The notes under the pieces are model-generated. The model was given only the letters and a program-made list of their open reading frames with translations. It did not search any database and had not been told where the DNA came from. Below, piece by piece: positions 32,212 to 44,076 of a DNA stretch of 64,000 bases (within the stretch, counting starts at the first letter, position 1; each line of letters opens with the position of its first letter). This DNA is from Schizochytrium sp. TIO01. Its lineage: Eukaryota > Protista > Bigyra: Labyrinthulomycetes. The translations under genes and the position numbers were made by a program. The stretch lies in contig SMSO01000036.1 of assembly GCA_004764695.1 (NCBI GenBank), forward strand, positions 558,001-622,000, written 5' to 3'.

Positions 32212-33684
32212 ATGGAATCAACCTCACGACGCGATGTAATTCGCAAAGCTCGACAGCAGGAGCGAGCCATACTTGAAGCTCGCGATGCTTTGTCCAGGGA
32301 AGGTCTTCTGGAGCAGGTGAAAGATAAGGTCGAGGATTGGGTCAACCGAGCGATAGCGGAAAATGGTATCCACGACATTCGTCATATTACCCAACAAGTT
32401 TGTTCAGATGCACGCTATCATGTGGAGAGCTCAAGAATGCCTCCAGAAGCAAGCAACGACCTGTGCGCATTTTGCAAGAACCGCGTGGAGCATTGTTATT
32501 GTGGAGGATCTAACACCAAAGTCCAGACCCTTCCTCAACACCTTCTCGACGACGAATATGCTTTACTTGCTCTCGCGAAAGCAGATGCTGCCAAAGCAGA
32601 GGAACGAAAGTCTAAACTTGATATGGCTGCTCGCCGACAAGCATACGCGGCAGAACTTCAAAATCTTATGGCCGAAAAGGAGCGGCAGCGCCAAGCTGCA
32701 GAACTCGAAAAACAGCGTGACAAGGAACGTCTCCAGCGAGATGCAGAAGCGCTTCGTAGAGAGCAATTTGAGCGAGAAAGCGCGCAGCGTCGTCAGCGAG
32801 CGCAGTGTGCTGATGAACTTGATTATTTTTGCGCAGTACAACAGCGTAATGAGCGAACACGTCTTGACGAAGCACGGGCTGAGGAGCAGCGTCTGAATGC
32901 TCTTGCAGCTGCTAAGCAGCGTGAAGAGGAGAAACGCGCAGCGCGGCAGCGGGAACAAAACCGCCTACAACTTCTTCGAGATCAACAAATGTATGAAGAG
33001 CAACTTCAGGAACGTAAGCAGCAAGAAGAGGCTGAACGTCAACAAGACAGAGAATACATGCGTCAGGCCGAAGAACGAGATCGTGAGCGCGAAGCCCAAA
33101 GACATCGAGATAGAGAATCTGTTCTCTCGAAACAGCAGCAGATATATTCCTCCATGGGCGCTGAGCTTGGAAGGGTCGAGCGCGAGCGGCGCGAAGCGCT
33201 CGAAAGTGCATTCGCGCGATGGGAGCAAGAACGTCAACAGCACGATATAGCAGTGGCAAGTGAAAAGGAGCGCGAACAACGTCTAGCTATTCAAGATCTA
33301 AATCGATCAAGGCAGCAGCAGATCATGGAACAAGCTGCAGAGCGTGAGCGTGTCGCTGTGCAACAAGCAGCCTATGCTCGTGAGTTAGAGTTTAAATCTC
33401 GGCTTGAACAGGAACAAGAGCATCACCGTAAAATGCAACAACTTGCCCGTCGTGATCAATATAAGAGTTATCTAGAATTTCAAGTAATTGAAGAAGAACG
33501 CACTCGTAAAGAGAGACAGCGCATTGGAATGAATGATGTCGAGCGTAAAATGAATGCTTCTTTATTGCGACAGCATAACCTTTTAACAGAGACTGGTCGC
33601 ATTAATACCTGTTGGACGGGTCGCTGCCAAGGTGTTTGCACCTGTCCTCGAGCAATACGCGAACAACGCTATCATCACTTCTGA
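32212..33684 (+). CDS. E/R/Q-rich long coiled-coil protein (trichohyalin-plectin-homology-like; possible axonemal microtubule-inner protein)
   Basis: About 330 aa of E/R/Q heptad-rich sequence with a terminal MNDVERKMNASLL motif and small Cys clusters at both ends. First ATG is at 32212. Confidence 0.7.
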   Translation: MESTSRRDVIRKARQQERAILEARDALSREGLLEQVKDKVEDWVNRAIAENGIHDIRHITQQVCSDARYHVESSRMPPEASNDLCAFCKNRVEHCYCGGSNTKVQTLPQHLLDDEYALLALAKADAAKAEERKSKLDMAARRQAYAAELQNLMAEKERQRQAAELEKQRDKERLQRDAEALRREQFERESAQRRQRAQCADELDYFCAVQQRNERTRLDEARAEEQRLNALAAAKQREEEKRAARQREQNRLQLLRDQQMYEEQLQERKQQEEAERQQDREYMRQAEERDREREAQRHRDRESVLSKQQQIYSSMGAELGRVERERREALESAFARWEQERQQHDIAVASEKEREQRLAIQDLNRSRQQQIMEQAAERERVAVQQAAYARELEFKSRLEQEQEHHRKMQQLARRDQYKSYLEFQVIEEERTRKERQRIGMNDVERKMNASLLRQHNLLTETGRINTCWTGRCQGVCTCPRAIREQRYHHF

Positions 33685-33967
33685 AATTACCGCCTCAAGT
33701 TGAGCTAGCATGTTTTTATATTGCTCAATGATATTGCGATAGATTAGACCACTATGAGTCCATGTAGTAATTTTTTCTGACCACCTTTATCAAATTTGAA
33801 TTGTTTCTTTGGATCATACAAAAAGGACAGAATCTTTGCATCTAATAGGGAATAACGAAGGCGAAGAAAACAGTTTAGATATTATCAAACAAGAGTATGC
33901 ATCTAAAATTGTCCTATATCTGGGTCTATAATGAAATATTTCCTTCAAGAGAATGGCGAAGAATGTT

Positions 33968-36293
33968 TTATGACGAAAATGCAGAGCGTTTGAGGAGAGG
34001 GACATAGTACAAAAGGATGCTGGCATCGTATGCATCCACATAAAGCCGCTTACGAATACGTTCCAGAACCTCCTCTGAATCTTCGTGTTCTGGATTTGTA
34101 AGAACAGATGTGTCATGTAGCTCAAAGTCGCTCGCTAGTTGCTCACAAGAAAAGGTAGCACATGCTTCAGTGTTAGTCGCATCGTTAACGACAGTAAGCT
34201 CCACGTCGTCTTCGACTGGTCTAACTCCAACAATTTTGAGCTGACCCTTGTGCCTGACAAAGGTTCGGTATGCTTGCTCGCGAGCCCGCTCAGCCTGCAA
34301 AAGCTGTGCCACTTGTGAATCTGCAAGCAACACCTTGACTGCCATAAGCCGCTCGCGAGGGTTGCACAGCGCTACTAAGTCAGCAACTTGCTGAGGCGCT
34401 GCGGTGGGGTCGGACTCAACATGCTCTTGGACAAATGCAGGCGTGATGCCCACAGGCAAAAGATCCTTTAGTTCGAGTCGGTTTCGAGCACGGATTTCTG
34501 TGGCTTCTTCGAGCGCAGCAGGGTCCCCTCCTAAACTGCAGAGTGCTTGTGCGGTATTGACAGCTGCAGCGGCAATATCGTGGCGGTTGAAGTTCACTCG
34601 TGCAAGAGCTCGAGCAGCTGTGATACGATTGTGCACGATTGTTGCAAGACGAGGGCTTAACAGGGCCTCAAGAAGGTCTTCGTTTGTTACGAAAAGATCA
34701 TCCTGGTAGCTATGTTTTCCTTCGTTTGTTGTAGACTCACGCGTGAGATTCATCTTCAAGAGAGAGGATAGAATAGCCTTTTCAACGCAGGCAACCCCCA
34801 CCGGACTTGATGAATAGCACATGTAAACATGTCGAGCAAAAGCAAGACGTACATTTCGCATTTGCTGACCCAGCTCATCAGGGGAAGGAGACTTGATCAA
34901 ATCAACCTCAACCTCATGCGACTGTTGAAGTGCCATTAGAGTGTTGATCTCAGCAGCTCGTAATCCGACAGATTGGCTTGAAAGGATAGCCCGGAGTTTC
35001 GTACGGGAGATGAATTCGTGAGTCTCGGGCTCTTTACTTTCTGCAGTTTTGGATTCTTTCGAATCTGCGGGCTTTCCTTTAGCATCTGCGGGCTTGCCCT
35101 TCGTGTCAGCAGACTTGCCTTTTGTGTCAGCAGGCTTACCTTTTGTGTCGGCTGGTTTTGCATTTGGAGCCTTGTCTGCTGTTTTAGACTCTTTATCGCT
35201 TATTTTGCTTTCTTTTTCACTGGGTTTCTTTTCTGTTTCTTTATTACCAGTTGGGGAAGTGCTTGCAGTTTCTTTTTTGTTGTTTTTCTCAGACTTATCC
35301 TCGTCATCCAAGTAATCATCAATCATCAATATTCTCATTATCATCATTGCCTGACTTTGAAGCTTTATCAGACGTGTGCTTGATTAGAATCTTAGACAAT
35401 TGAGCACAAGCTCGTGCTGTGGAGAGTGTGATTTCAGGAGAATATGCATTAAGAACGAACTCTGGCCATGCATCGCTACAGGCTTCGTGCTGAGATGATG
35501 TAAGTCGCCGTTTCAAAAGGTTAGCTAATGCTTTGGCAATCTTATGCAAGTCCATGCCCTTTTCTACACAAGCATACATGAGCATATAATCTTCAGTGGT
35601 TGCATTTAAAGCGTGGCCAATATCCTGAACGCGTTCAAGGGCAGTGAAATACTGAATAGAGGGATCCATGGTACGACCTAAGTCTGTTGAAAACGCCTCT
35701 GCAACACAATGATCAATGGACTCTCGCATGTTTACAACCTCTTGTGAAACACCACCAAAATTAAAATCATCATCTTCTGAGTCTTCATCTAGCGGCCCAA
35801 GGAGATCTTCATCTGGAAGATAGTCATCCTCGGAATCATCATCATAGACAGGTTTACGGGCTGCTTCCACGATTTGGTTTTCTTCCTCTATTTCATCTTG
35901 AAAAGCAATCTGACCTCTTGTAGCGCCAAAATCATCTCGAACGATATCCTGGTAGCGGTCGCTTATGCGCATCTTATCTGAAAGCATACGATCAACCATT
36001 GCTTCTGTAAAGTTACCGATATCTCGCCAATGTAGAACATTTTCCAGACGATAGCGAATGATCACATCATGGCATGTCTTCTCCTCGGCCTCATCAGTGA
36101 CTTCAAAGGTAACATTGACAACCGCACTAGGGATAGGGGCAAATGACGTTGGCCGACTTAGAACACCCTCAATCCGCCAGCTCAGAGTTTGTCGTACAGT
36201 TCGTGCAAGATGTAGTTCAAACGTTGTTTTCCAATGCTTCTTTACAGCGCTCACAACGCTAACTTGAGCATCAGAAGCAGAAAGCACGGTCAT
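33968..36293 (-). CDS. AKAP14/AKAP28-domain protein (~775 aa), split by an apparent 1-nt insertion at ~35321
   Basis: The N-terminal SRPTSFAPIPSAVVNVTFEV...IRYRLEN...FTEAMVDRMLSDK resembles the AKAP28 domain. On the minus strand, gat gat t gat gat tac joins ORFs 35319-36311 and 33968-35347 if one T is removed. KPADTKG-type 7-aa repeats at ~35060-35161. Confidence 0.65.
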
Positions 36294-36946
36294 TCTTAAA
36301 TAGAAGAACAACGTTTGCCGATGTCTGTGGCAAGACCCTGGTCACTCTTTCTCTTCCCAAGAATAACGCCAATGATCAAGTGAGGGACGCAAGCCTGGTT
36401 ACTCCCCTAACGGCGGCTGGGGTCAAGAGCTCCTGATGTTGAGAGCTGCAAAGCTTCTTTCCCGTCTTGTTTAGCAATCTCAACAAAATTATGCTTCGTA
36501 CTTGCTTCACCTGCCAAACACCTTCAAGTGCCAAAGCAAAATTGTGTCTACTGAGCACTATAAGTCTCTACTCTGTGTCTATTACTTCAATACATTCCAC
36601 AAGCGTTCTCATCGACTTCCCTTATGGGAATGATTAATCGACCAAGCTGCATCCTGTGACCCTTCTTTCACATAATCAAACCATAGCTATAGCACTTTAT
36701 CATTATTCATGTGCCTTGCATATCCTGCCCAACGGATCTCCCATCAGTCCTCGCACGTTAGTGTGTACCGGTGCGAGGTGTGTTCGAGGACCCCATCATT
36801 GGCGCAGTGAGCCCAGCACTTAGTCGGGAGCTAGCCTCGAGGTTGTGATAAGGCAATTAATCAAAATCAGTTCTAGGGGCCAGTTGGGGATTTGATTGGG
36901 GCTTTTTGGTGTAAGAGGCGCCCTCTTTTGTACAATCTTCTCGAAG

Positions 36947-37495
36947 ATGGCGACGACCGAGGCGACAGGCAAAGCTTTATCTGTAACACCTTTGGAGAAA
37001 GGCGATGAGACGACCTTCGCTGCAGATGGAGACGTCGTGGAGGCCTTTTACAGAGGCACACTCGCGGCAAATGGCGAGCTTTTCCACACCAACATTGGTG
37101 GCGACCCGCTAGTATTTACTGTGGGCGATGGATCTATGATTGAGGGCTGGGATACTGCCATTCGCGAGGTCTCTCTTGGCGGTAAGGCCCGAGTTTTCGT
37201 GCCTGCAAAGCGTGCCTATGGCGAAGACGGATATCCAAGCGAAGATGGTGAGGGATATGCCATTCCCCCCAACTCTGACCTGGTTTATGAGCTAGAGGTG
37301 ACAAAGATCACCAAGGCCAAAACTGTCAGCGCACCGAAAAAGCTCACGCGCGAGGAACAGGAGGCTGCAGATAAAGAACGATTGCGCTTATGGATGGAAC
37401 AAATGGCCACCCCATCTTCAGCGGAGAAAGATAGCAAGAAAACTAAACCAAAAACAAATAACAAGAAGAAGGGTAAGAAGAAGGGCAAGAAATAA
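36947..37495 (+). CDS. FKBP-type peptidyl-prolyl isomerase with a Lys-rich tail
   Basis: GDVVEAFYRGTL, PLVFTVG..SMIEGWD, AYG and IPPNSDLVYELEV. First ATG is at 36947. Confidence 0.92.
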   Translation: MATTEATGKALSVTPLEKGDETTFAADGDVVEAFYRGTLAANGELFHTNIGGDPLVFTVGDGSMIEGWDTAIREVSLGGKARVFVPAKRAYGEDGYPSEDGEGYAIPPNSDLVYELEVTKITKAKTVSAPKKLTREEQEAADKERLRLWMEQMATPSSAEKDSKKTKPKTNNKKKGKKKGKK

Positions 37496-37965
37496 TTTGT
37501 ATACGTATATATTTTTTATCTTAAAATTTACATTTTTAATTGCTAAGGGGTTTGCCAAATCCTTGTACATTTTAACTGGACGGAGTATTTTGCTTAATGT
37601 AGTCAATGTGAAATTTTTGATTGTGGGGCACCTGAGCAGCTCTTATATAAGCTTAGCCCTTTTCACTCACTCTTTCAAAGGACAGTGTTGTTGATTATTT
37701 AATAGAGAGCCACTGAATGGGTTGCGACAAGTCCGAAAAGACTTATTTGGTCACCCAACAAGCAACGTCTAGGTCCAAATATTTTTAAAATGAAGATACT
37801 TGGATTGTATAGAGTTCGAAGAATAGATACAATCTATTGGTCTTAGGTCTTTGTTATATACAAAATGGGGGTATTTATTGAAATGTAGGTCTCGCAAGTC
37901 TAGAGTCAACGTATGATTTCAAAGATGTAATTGGTTTTACACAGGGGACAGTGGTAGCAAATTGC

Positions 37966-39006
37966 TTATTGGTTGGAATGAAGTTCATTGATAAAGTCGA
38001 CATAGTTAATTTTCTCGGCATGACGAGCAGGAAATGCCTGGTGAAGGACTTCGATGGCATCATCCAATCCACGGTGGGGCAGAAGACCGTTCGTCTTAAG
38101 AACTGACTTGAACTGTGAGACCGTGACAGCTTTCATGTTATTGCGATCGAAGCGATTAAACATCCCATCGAGTGTCAAACGTCGCAACTGACACTGCTGA
38201 CGCATAGGGTGCAGGACGGCTTCCAGGGCCTCTGGGTCTACGCCAGTGTCTTGCTTGCATTCCTGAGCAACCTTTTCCTCAATTTGGTAAACACCCATAC
38301 CTCCGATAGCGTGCATGAAATCTTGATAGTCTACTTGCAAGTGGTCATCAAGAGCACTAAAGCGCTCTGCCAGCCAATCAACCTCTGGACCAAGGATGCA
38401 TGTGACACCTGCCATGTGTAGAGCACTTTTGAATTTGCTTTTGGGAATCCGACCTTTTCGTAGAGTATCATAGGGTGCGAGAAAGTCACGAATGCGAATA
38501 CGCTTGGTATCACACTCGTATCTCAGGTCCGCAATGAGTTCGTCAATTCTCCCAGGCGGGGCTTCCGGACCCCGTCCGCCCATAGCAGCGATGTGTTCTC
38601 TTGCTTCTTTAATCTGAGCATGGCGCATCTTGGTGTTCATCTCCATTAACGCAACTGTCTCAGGGGATAAACCAGGAGGAACTGACCCTGGAGATGCATC
38701 TGTAGCATCAATGAAATACCGATAGTCCACGATGAGGTCATGTGCACCATCACTGTGTTTGAAAAGAATGCAAAGGCCTTTTAGAGCAGGCTCAGAGGCG
38801 TTCTGCACAGAGCGTAGCTGCAAAGTATCAAGGGCACGACGAAAACGCGATGCTGTGAGCTTGCCAGAGTTTGACTTGTCAAAGGCAGCAAAACGTGGGG
38901 GGAGCATAATTCTACTCGAGCGTACTTCCTGTCTGATACGATCGGTCAAAGCACGGGCTTCATCGAGGTTCTCCTCAGTGATTTCTTCATATTCCCAGGG
39001 GTCCAT
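37966..39006 (-). CDS. Repeated EF-hand pair protein (three degenerate EF-hand pairs)
   Basis: Three repeats: FAAFDKSNSGKLTASRF...VDYRYFI, FLAPYDTLRKGRIPKSKF...VDYQDFM and FNRFDRNNMKAVTVSQF...INYVDFI. Confidence 0.85.
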   Translation of the reverse strand: MDPWEYEEITEENLDEARALTDRIRQEVRSSRIMLPPRFAAFDKSNSGKLTASRFRRALDTLQLRSVQNASEPALKGLCILFKHSDGAHDLIVDYRYFIDATDASPGSVPPGLSPETVALMEMNTKMRHAQIKEAREHIAAMGGRGPEAPPGRIDELIADLRYECDTKRIRIRDFLAPYDTLRKGRIPKSKFKSALHMAGVTCILGPEVDWLAERFSALDDHLQVDYQDFMHAIGGMGVYQIEEKVAQECKQDTGVDPEALEAVLHPMRQQCQLRRLTLDGMFNRFDRNNMKAVTVSQFKSVLKTNGLLPHRGLDDAIEVLHQAFPARHAEKINYVDFINELHSNQ

Positions 39007-40632
39007 GTTGTCCGTAGGCTTGCGATGCGCTAGCTGGCTGGCTGGCTGGCTGGCTGGCTAGCTGGCCGAGTTAGCAGCGAACAAGCAAACAAGCGAGATT
39101 GCGAGCAAACAGTTGACCAAAATTAGCTTACTAGGCGTTGTGTTGCAATGCGTTGTTTATTGTAAGGATAGTCTAATTGCTCTTTTTCCCACTTTGATGC
39201 TTGCTCACTTTTATTGGTCGGTTGTTTAGGTCCCAAAGCTCGTATTACATGCGTCCTCTCCTTGGTTCTTACAAAAATATATTCGCTACGATCAAACTCA
39301 CTGCCCAGATTGATGAATGGATGATGCTGACTTGCTTTCTTTCTGGCAAGTGAAAATTGGTTACTTGATGAACGGCCGTAAACCTACCTCCTCTCTGCAC
39401 TCAACAATTCACCCAATAATTTCGGAGGCAATCTTATGTTTCACCCCCTCTTTTTTACGTGCCTCATGTTCAATTCATTAACTAAACTCTTAGGGCTTCC
39501 AATCGTGCTCACAAATGTGTCCGTTGCCGGATCAAATAAGCTCAACTTTGGGCGCTTAAGTGCGCCGAACTTTATACTTGGGAGCGCGCAAGCATAGCGG
39601 TCTTTACTGAAGCGAACTGGTCCTCTCTCCCTGCTGCTAGGACTGGTGAATGATTGTCTGCAAATTGTTTTATGAAACCATCTTTTCAAGGTGTGTAAAA
39701 CAAAGCACTCCGTATCATCCTCTGTGGCTTTTAAAAATAAATATGAAAGCCTTGGCTATCAATAATCATTAAAAATAATAATATTTTTTACATTAATATA
39801 TTAAAAAAGTATTTTTAATTTATTTATAAATTAAAAGTTTTTACAAATAAAATGAAAATACAATTTTTAAGAACTAGATAAATTATTGTGATCGCGAAAC
39901 CATGATGATATTCCGAAATAAGCCTAATAGCAGAGTAATCAGAGGAAAGGGCGAAAGGGGAAATCTAGAAATACACTGTCTTGAAATAGGTTCAACCAAT
40001 TCTTGCATTAAAAATAAATCAAGAAAAAGATTCAAGCGATGACCTTCATTTTTATTGAGAAACAAATACAATCACTAATATGATTATGGCGAGATGCATC
40101 CGATTATCAAGAAACTTACACAAAGGTTCGTCAAAAGTGGGAAAAAAATAGAAAAAACTATATTTATTCTTTGTCGACTCGATTATGCACATGCACTACC
40201 ATCAATCTGTCGATGCATACAAAGCATAGGAGATGAGATCACTGAACTCTTCTATATCTGTTCTGCACGACGAGCGATGGCCATGAGTTTGTTTGATTGA
40301 TTACTTGTTTGTTCTTAGACATAGATTTTTTCGCATAAAGCTGTTGTTTTAAGTCTTGCAGGTTCCAAAACATCGTCTGATGTTAGTTTGATATCCTGCA
40401 AGAAGTCTGTGCCAGGGCATCAGCCAGCCGCGGATAACCCGGTTCCAGCTGCTCCCCATCATAATATACACGCGCTCGGTTCGTTACTCCTTAACTTCTT
40501 TGGCAAGAAACTAGGAAGCGTCTCTTCGATAATTCCGGTCAGAAATCCCGGATCCCAAGCCCTTGGTGCCAACCCGGCCAAGGTCTCTCGTTTCTCGCGC
40601 GTGGCTGTCGCTCCCAGAGGTTGCCCCGGCGC

Positions 40633-41253
40633 TTAGTTGGCTCCGAGGAGTTTGTCCTTGGCCTCGTTAATCTTGGAAGCAACAAAGGTCGAGCCACCGG
40701 TATCCGGGTGGTTAAGGAGAGCAAGGCGGCGGTGGGCCTCACGAACCTTCTCGCGGGGTGCCGACTCACGGATACCGAGGATGAGAGCTGCCTCACGGCG
40801 AGTCATCTCATCCTCAAAGCCACCCTCGTAGAAGTTCTTGCCCAGCATGAACGACAGCCAGTTGACGAAGCCTCCACTCTTCTCCTCGACCTTCTCGCCG
40901 TTCGCGGCGGCCTCCTCAGCAGCAGCGGCTTCAGCGGCCTTGCGAGCAGCACGGCGGTCGTACGCCTCGAGCACAATCTTGCCAGAGTAAGCGACAGCCG
41001 CGACACCTCCACCAACGATGAGAGGGGAGAGAGATTGTTGCGGCACTCCACCACGGAAGTGGCGCATCTGAATGTCGTGAGGTGCTGTCATCGCAGTGTG
41101 GTTCTTTTCGCGGTCTTCGTCAGAGTTGCGGATAACGCCACCAAGCGACCTGGGAGCGGCCATGGAGCGAAGTCCACGCCTTCCGTAGGTGCCAGTGCAG
41201 CCGCTGAGGCCAGCACCGCTGCGGAGTACCGTCATGGAGCCGTGTTTAAGCAT
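40633..41253 (-). CDS. PAM18: Mitochondrial import motor J-protein Pam18/Tim14 (DNAJC15/19 family)
   Basis: A TM segment followed by FYEGGFEDEMTRREAALILG...HRRLALLNHPDTGGSTFVASKINEAKDKL. Arg-rich presequence-like N-terminus. The exact start is uncertain. Confidence 0.95.
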   Translation of the reverse strand: MLKHGSMTVLRSGAGLSGCTGTYGRRGLRSMAAPRSLGGVIRNSDEDREKNHTAMTAPHDIQMRHFRGGVPQQSLSPLIVGGGVAAVAYSGKIVLEAYDRRAARKAAEAAAAEEAAANGEKVEEKSGGFVNWLSFMLGKNFYEGGFEDEMTRREAALILGIRESAPREKVREAHRRLALLNHPDTGGSTFVASKINEAKDKLLGAN

Positions 41254-43092
41254 GGTCTTGATGGAAATGCAAATGGGATGCCGAGGTCCACTGGATCCGC
41301 CACAAGCACAGTGAGAGTGATCGACCGAGTCGAACTAGTGCTAAACCTTGCAGTACTGACCACAAGAGCGTGGAGGCAAGACTTGTTCCGCGACACCGGC
41401 CGTCTTCGGAGCGCTGTCAGGGTCTCTTTGCTTCGGGGTTTGCGGGCGACGAAAACTAATTTCATTGTAATCGCAGAGGATGAATTAAATACACTGCTGC
41501 CTATTAAAATACGCAGCACTTTCTACTTCACAAATAAAATACGCCTGTGCTAATTAGGAAATAACATGGCATTCCAGAAAAGCAGTGGCCACTCGAACTT
41601 CAGAGAGAAAAGTCTAGAAGTTGCCTAGGGACTATTAACACAGAAGTGTCTACCGGTGCTAGCTAGAGAGAGTGCGAGTGGTACCCAGTTTGGTGATGAA
41701 AAGTGGGATAAAGAATGCTAGGGAAAAGGATAAGAGCATGCAGTAGTAGCATCTCGTCTTGCTTGGAAGTCCATGTTTTGCTTGTGAAAGGAGGAAGTTT
41801 TTCATGAGACGAACCTATGAGTGAATTGGCGTAAAGTCTGCTTTCTATGTTGTGGATGAGCAAAGGGAAAGCGATGTCCTGGGCAGAGCGCAGGATTCGG
41901 ACGAGAGAGACAAGGCCGCAGTGATCGCCTTCGGGAACTTGCTTTCTTGAAATGTGTAACTTGCACGAGCCTGGGAAAGGAGTGAGAACTTGAAGTGGAA
42001 ATTCGCACTGCTTTGTAGTTGCGATATTGAATAGGTAAAGGAATCAAAAACTGATGATGTTGATGGCATCACTGATATGGTTTGGCCAGAATTTCTACCC
42101 AAGTCGAAGCGTTGATAGGAGTAGTCTCTCCACATGTTTTAACCTGAGTTTACTTGAGTAATATCTCAAGTCAACAAGGTTTGTAGAAATACCCACTGAC
42201 AGATGACAGTGACTTAACGAGACTTCATGAAACACGTTAGAAAGAGTATTAAGTAGAGAATACTGCTAAGAAGGTACTCATGAGCAACTCTGATATATGG
42301 TATGAATTATTGAGCGCAAGTTCTTATTTCATTTTCAGTTTGCTTGAGAAGGGTGCGGTGCGTGAAAACCCTGGAGATCGATGGTCTATTTGACATCTGA
42401 ATTGAATATACAATATGATCAACAACAAAAAATAGCTCCACTACATGGTGGGTTCCATGAGAATTATGAAAAATTAAACATTTTAAGTACTGCGCCCTCT
42501 GGAATGATTCACAAATAGGCCATGTCTGCATTCTTGATTGCTCGAAATACTACACCCTATACTATGGCTCAGACCTTCTCCAGTTCAACACTTGGGAAGC
42601 ATCAGTTTTACAACTCTTAATATTTTCCCACGCAACTTGATGCGCCAATATCGGTGCTCTTCAACGATACTTTCCACAATTATAAGAATCATTCCCCTTC
42701 GTGTACGTGCTAAACCTATCAGAGGATTTCATCTTGCGAGCATAATTTACAAGTTTGTACACAACAAACACTCGTTCCACATGTTCTAACTCGGCAAGAT
42801 CTGCTTTAATGCCGTAAAGCACTTGAAAATAACGAATTCTTCAAGTCCTTTCTTGCATTCTGTCCAGTTAAAATTACCTTCGTGTCCTTAAAGTCATCGT
42901 CTTCTCCAGACTGCCCACTCTGGCATTTGAAGTCTCTCTCTCAGCATCTATTTGGATCCAGGTCTCGGACATAGATAGCATAGAAACACTGAAAACAAGG
43001 ATTTCTAAAGTAGGTTAGTATCCTACTACGAACACGTAAATGATATACATAATTAGAAGAGATCAAAGTTGGGCAGCAAACTACGATCTGGC

Positions 43093-44076
43093 ATGCTTTC
43101 TTCGGTTACTAGACTTTCTCGCAGCCCCTTTTCGCTGCGTCTGCCCCGGTCTATTCGTCTTTTGGGCGTAGGTCTGACAATGGCTAACCTTTTTGGTTCC
43201 GTCGCTGCTGGTCGTGTGGGCCGCATGGTCCGCGAGGGCACGACGCTTCGCATCGAACCCCCCGAGGAATGCGATTCCCTTGTGGTTATCATGCACGGTC
43301 TCGGTGACACTGCCGATGGTTTCGCTGACGTTGCCCAGATGTTTTCTCCGAGAATGCCCAAGACTCGTTTCATCCTGCCCACTGCCCCTAGACAGCCCGT
43401 CACTCTCAACCGCGGCATGATTATGACTTCGTGGTATGACATCGTAGGACTTGGCGACCGTACAATCGAAGAATGCGAAGGCATCGAAGAGTCAGCTGCG
43501 AGCATCCGCGAGATTCTTGACAAGGAGCATGCTTCGTCAGGTATTCCCTACAACCGTATGGTGGTTGCCGGTTTCAGCCAGGGTGGATCTTTAAGTCTTT
43601 ACCTAAGTTTGCAGCAACCTGCAGAGAAGAAGCTTGCTGGAGTGCTGGCCATGAGCGGGTACCTCGCGGGTTTCAAGAAGTTTAAAATCACGCCAGGTGT
43701 TGAGGACACGCCGATTCTGCACCAGCACGGTATGGCGGACCCTATGGTGCAGTTTAAATGGGCCGAGTTTACTCGGGACAAGATCCGTGAGCTGGGAGCG
43801 ACGGGTTACGAGCTCGATCCATACAGGGGCCTCACGCATTCCGTAAGCCCCGACGAACTTGCCAATGGTCTTGCATTCCTCCAAAAGGTTTTGCCGGCCC
43901 TAGAAGCTTCTGGCAGTGCGCAGGCAGCTTCCACGAACTACGAGGACATGTCCGTCGCCGAGCTCAAGGCTGCTATCCAGACCGGTGGACTCGGAACACA
44001 GGCTGTGGGGTTGCTTGAAAAGGAGGACCTTGTCAAATTCCTCAAGGAGAATCAACCGAGCAAGGACGAGCTCTAA
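43093..44076 (+). CDS. Acyl-protein thioesterase / lysophospholipase (phospholipase-carboxylesterase family) with a C-terminal helix-extension-helix-like module and KDEL
   Basis: MHGLGD, PTAP..PVTLN.GM.M.SWYDI, nucleophile GFSQG, HG.AD.MV, and Y.GLTHS. ATG at 43093 or 43180. Confidence 0.92.
   Translation: MLSSVTRLSRSPFSLRLPRSIRLLGVGLTMANLFGSVAAGRVGRMVREGTTLRIEPPEECDSLVVIMHGLGDTADGFADVAQMFSPRMPKTRFILPTAPRQPVTLNRGMIMTSWYDIVGLGDRTIEECEGIEESAASIREILDKEHASSGIPYNRMVVAGFSQGGSLSLYLSLQQPAEKKLAGVLAMSGYLAGFKKFKITPGVEDTPILHQHGMADPMVQFKWAEFTRDKIRELGATGYELDPYRGLTHSVSPDELANGLAFLQKVLPALEASGSAQAASTNYEDMSVAELKAAIQTGGLGTQAVGLLEKEDLVKFLKENQPSKDEL

Noticed and set aside
40621-41553. 310-aa plus-strand ORF
   Set aside because: It is the antisense shadow of the GC3-rich PAM18 gene and has no recognisable motifs.
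41600-43000. Possible degraded gene or mobile-element relic in the PAM18-thioesterase spacer
   Set aside because: Only short, stop-interrupted frames with no motif I can recognise; it cannot be supported without a translated search.
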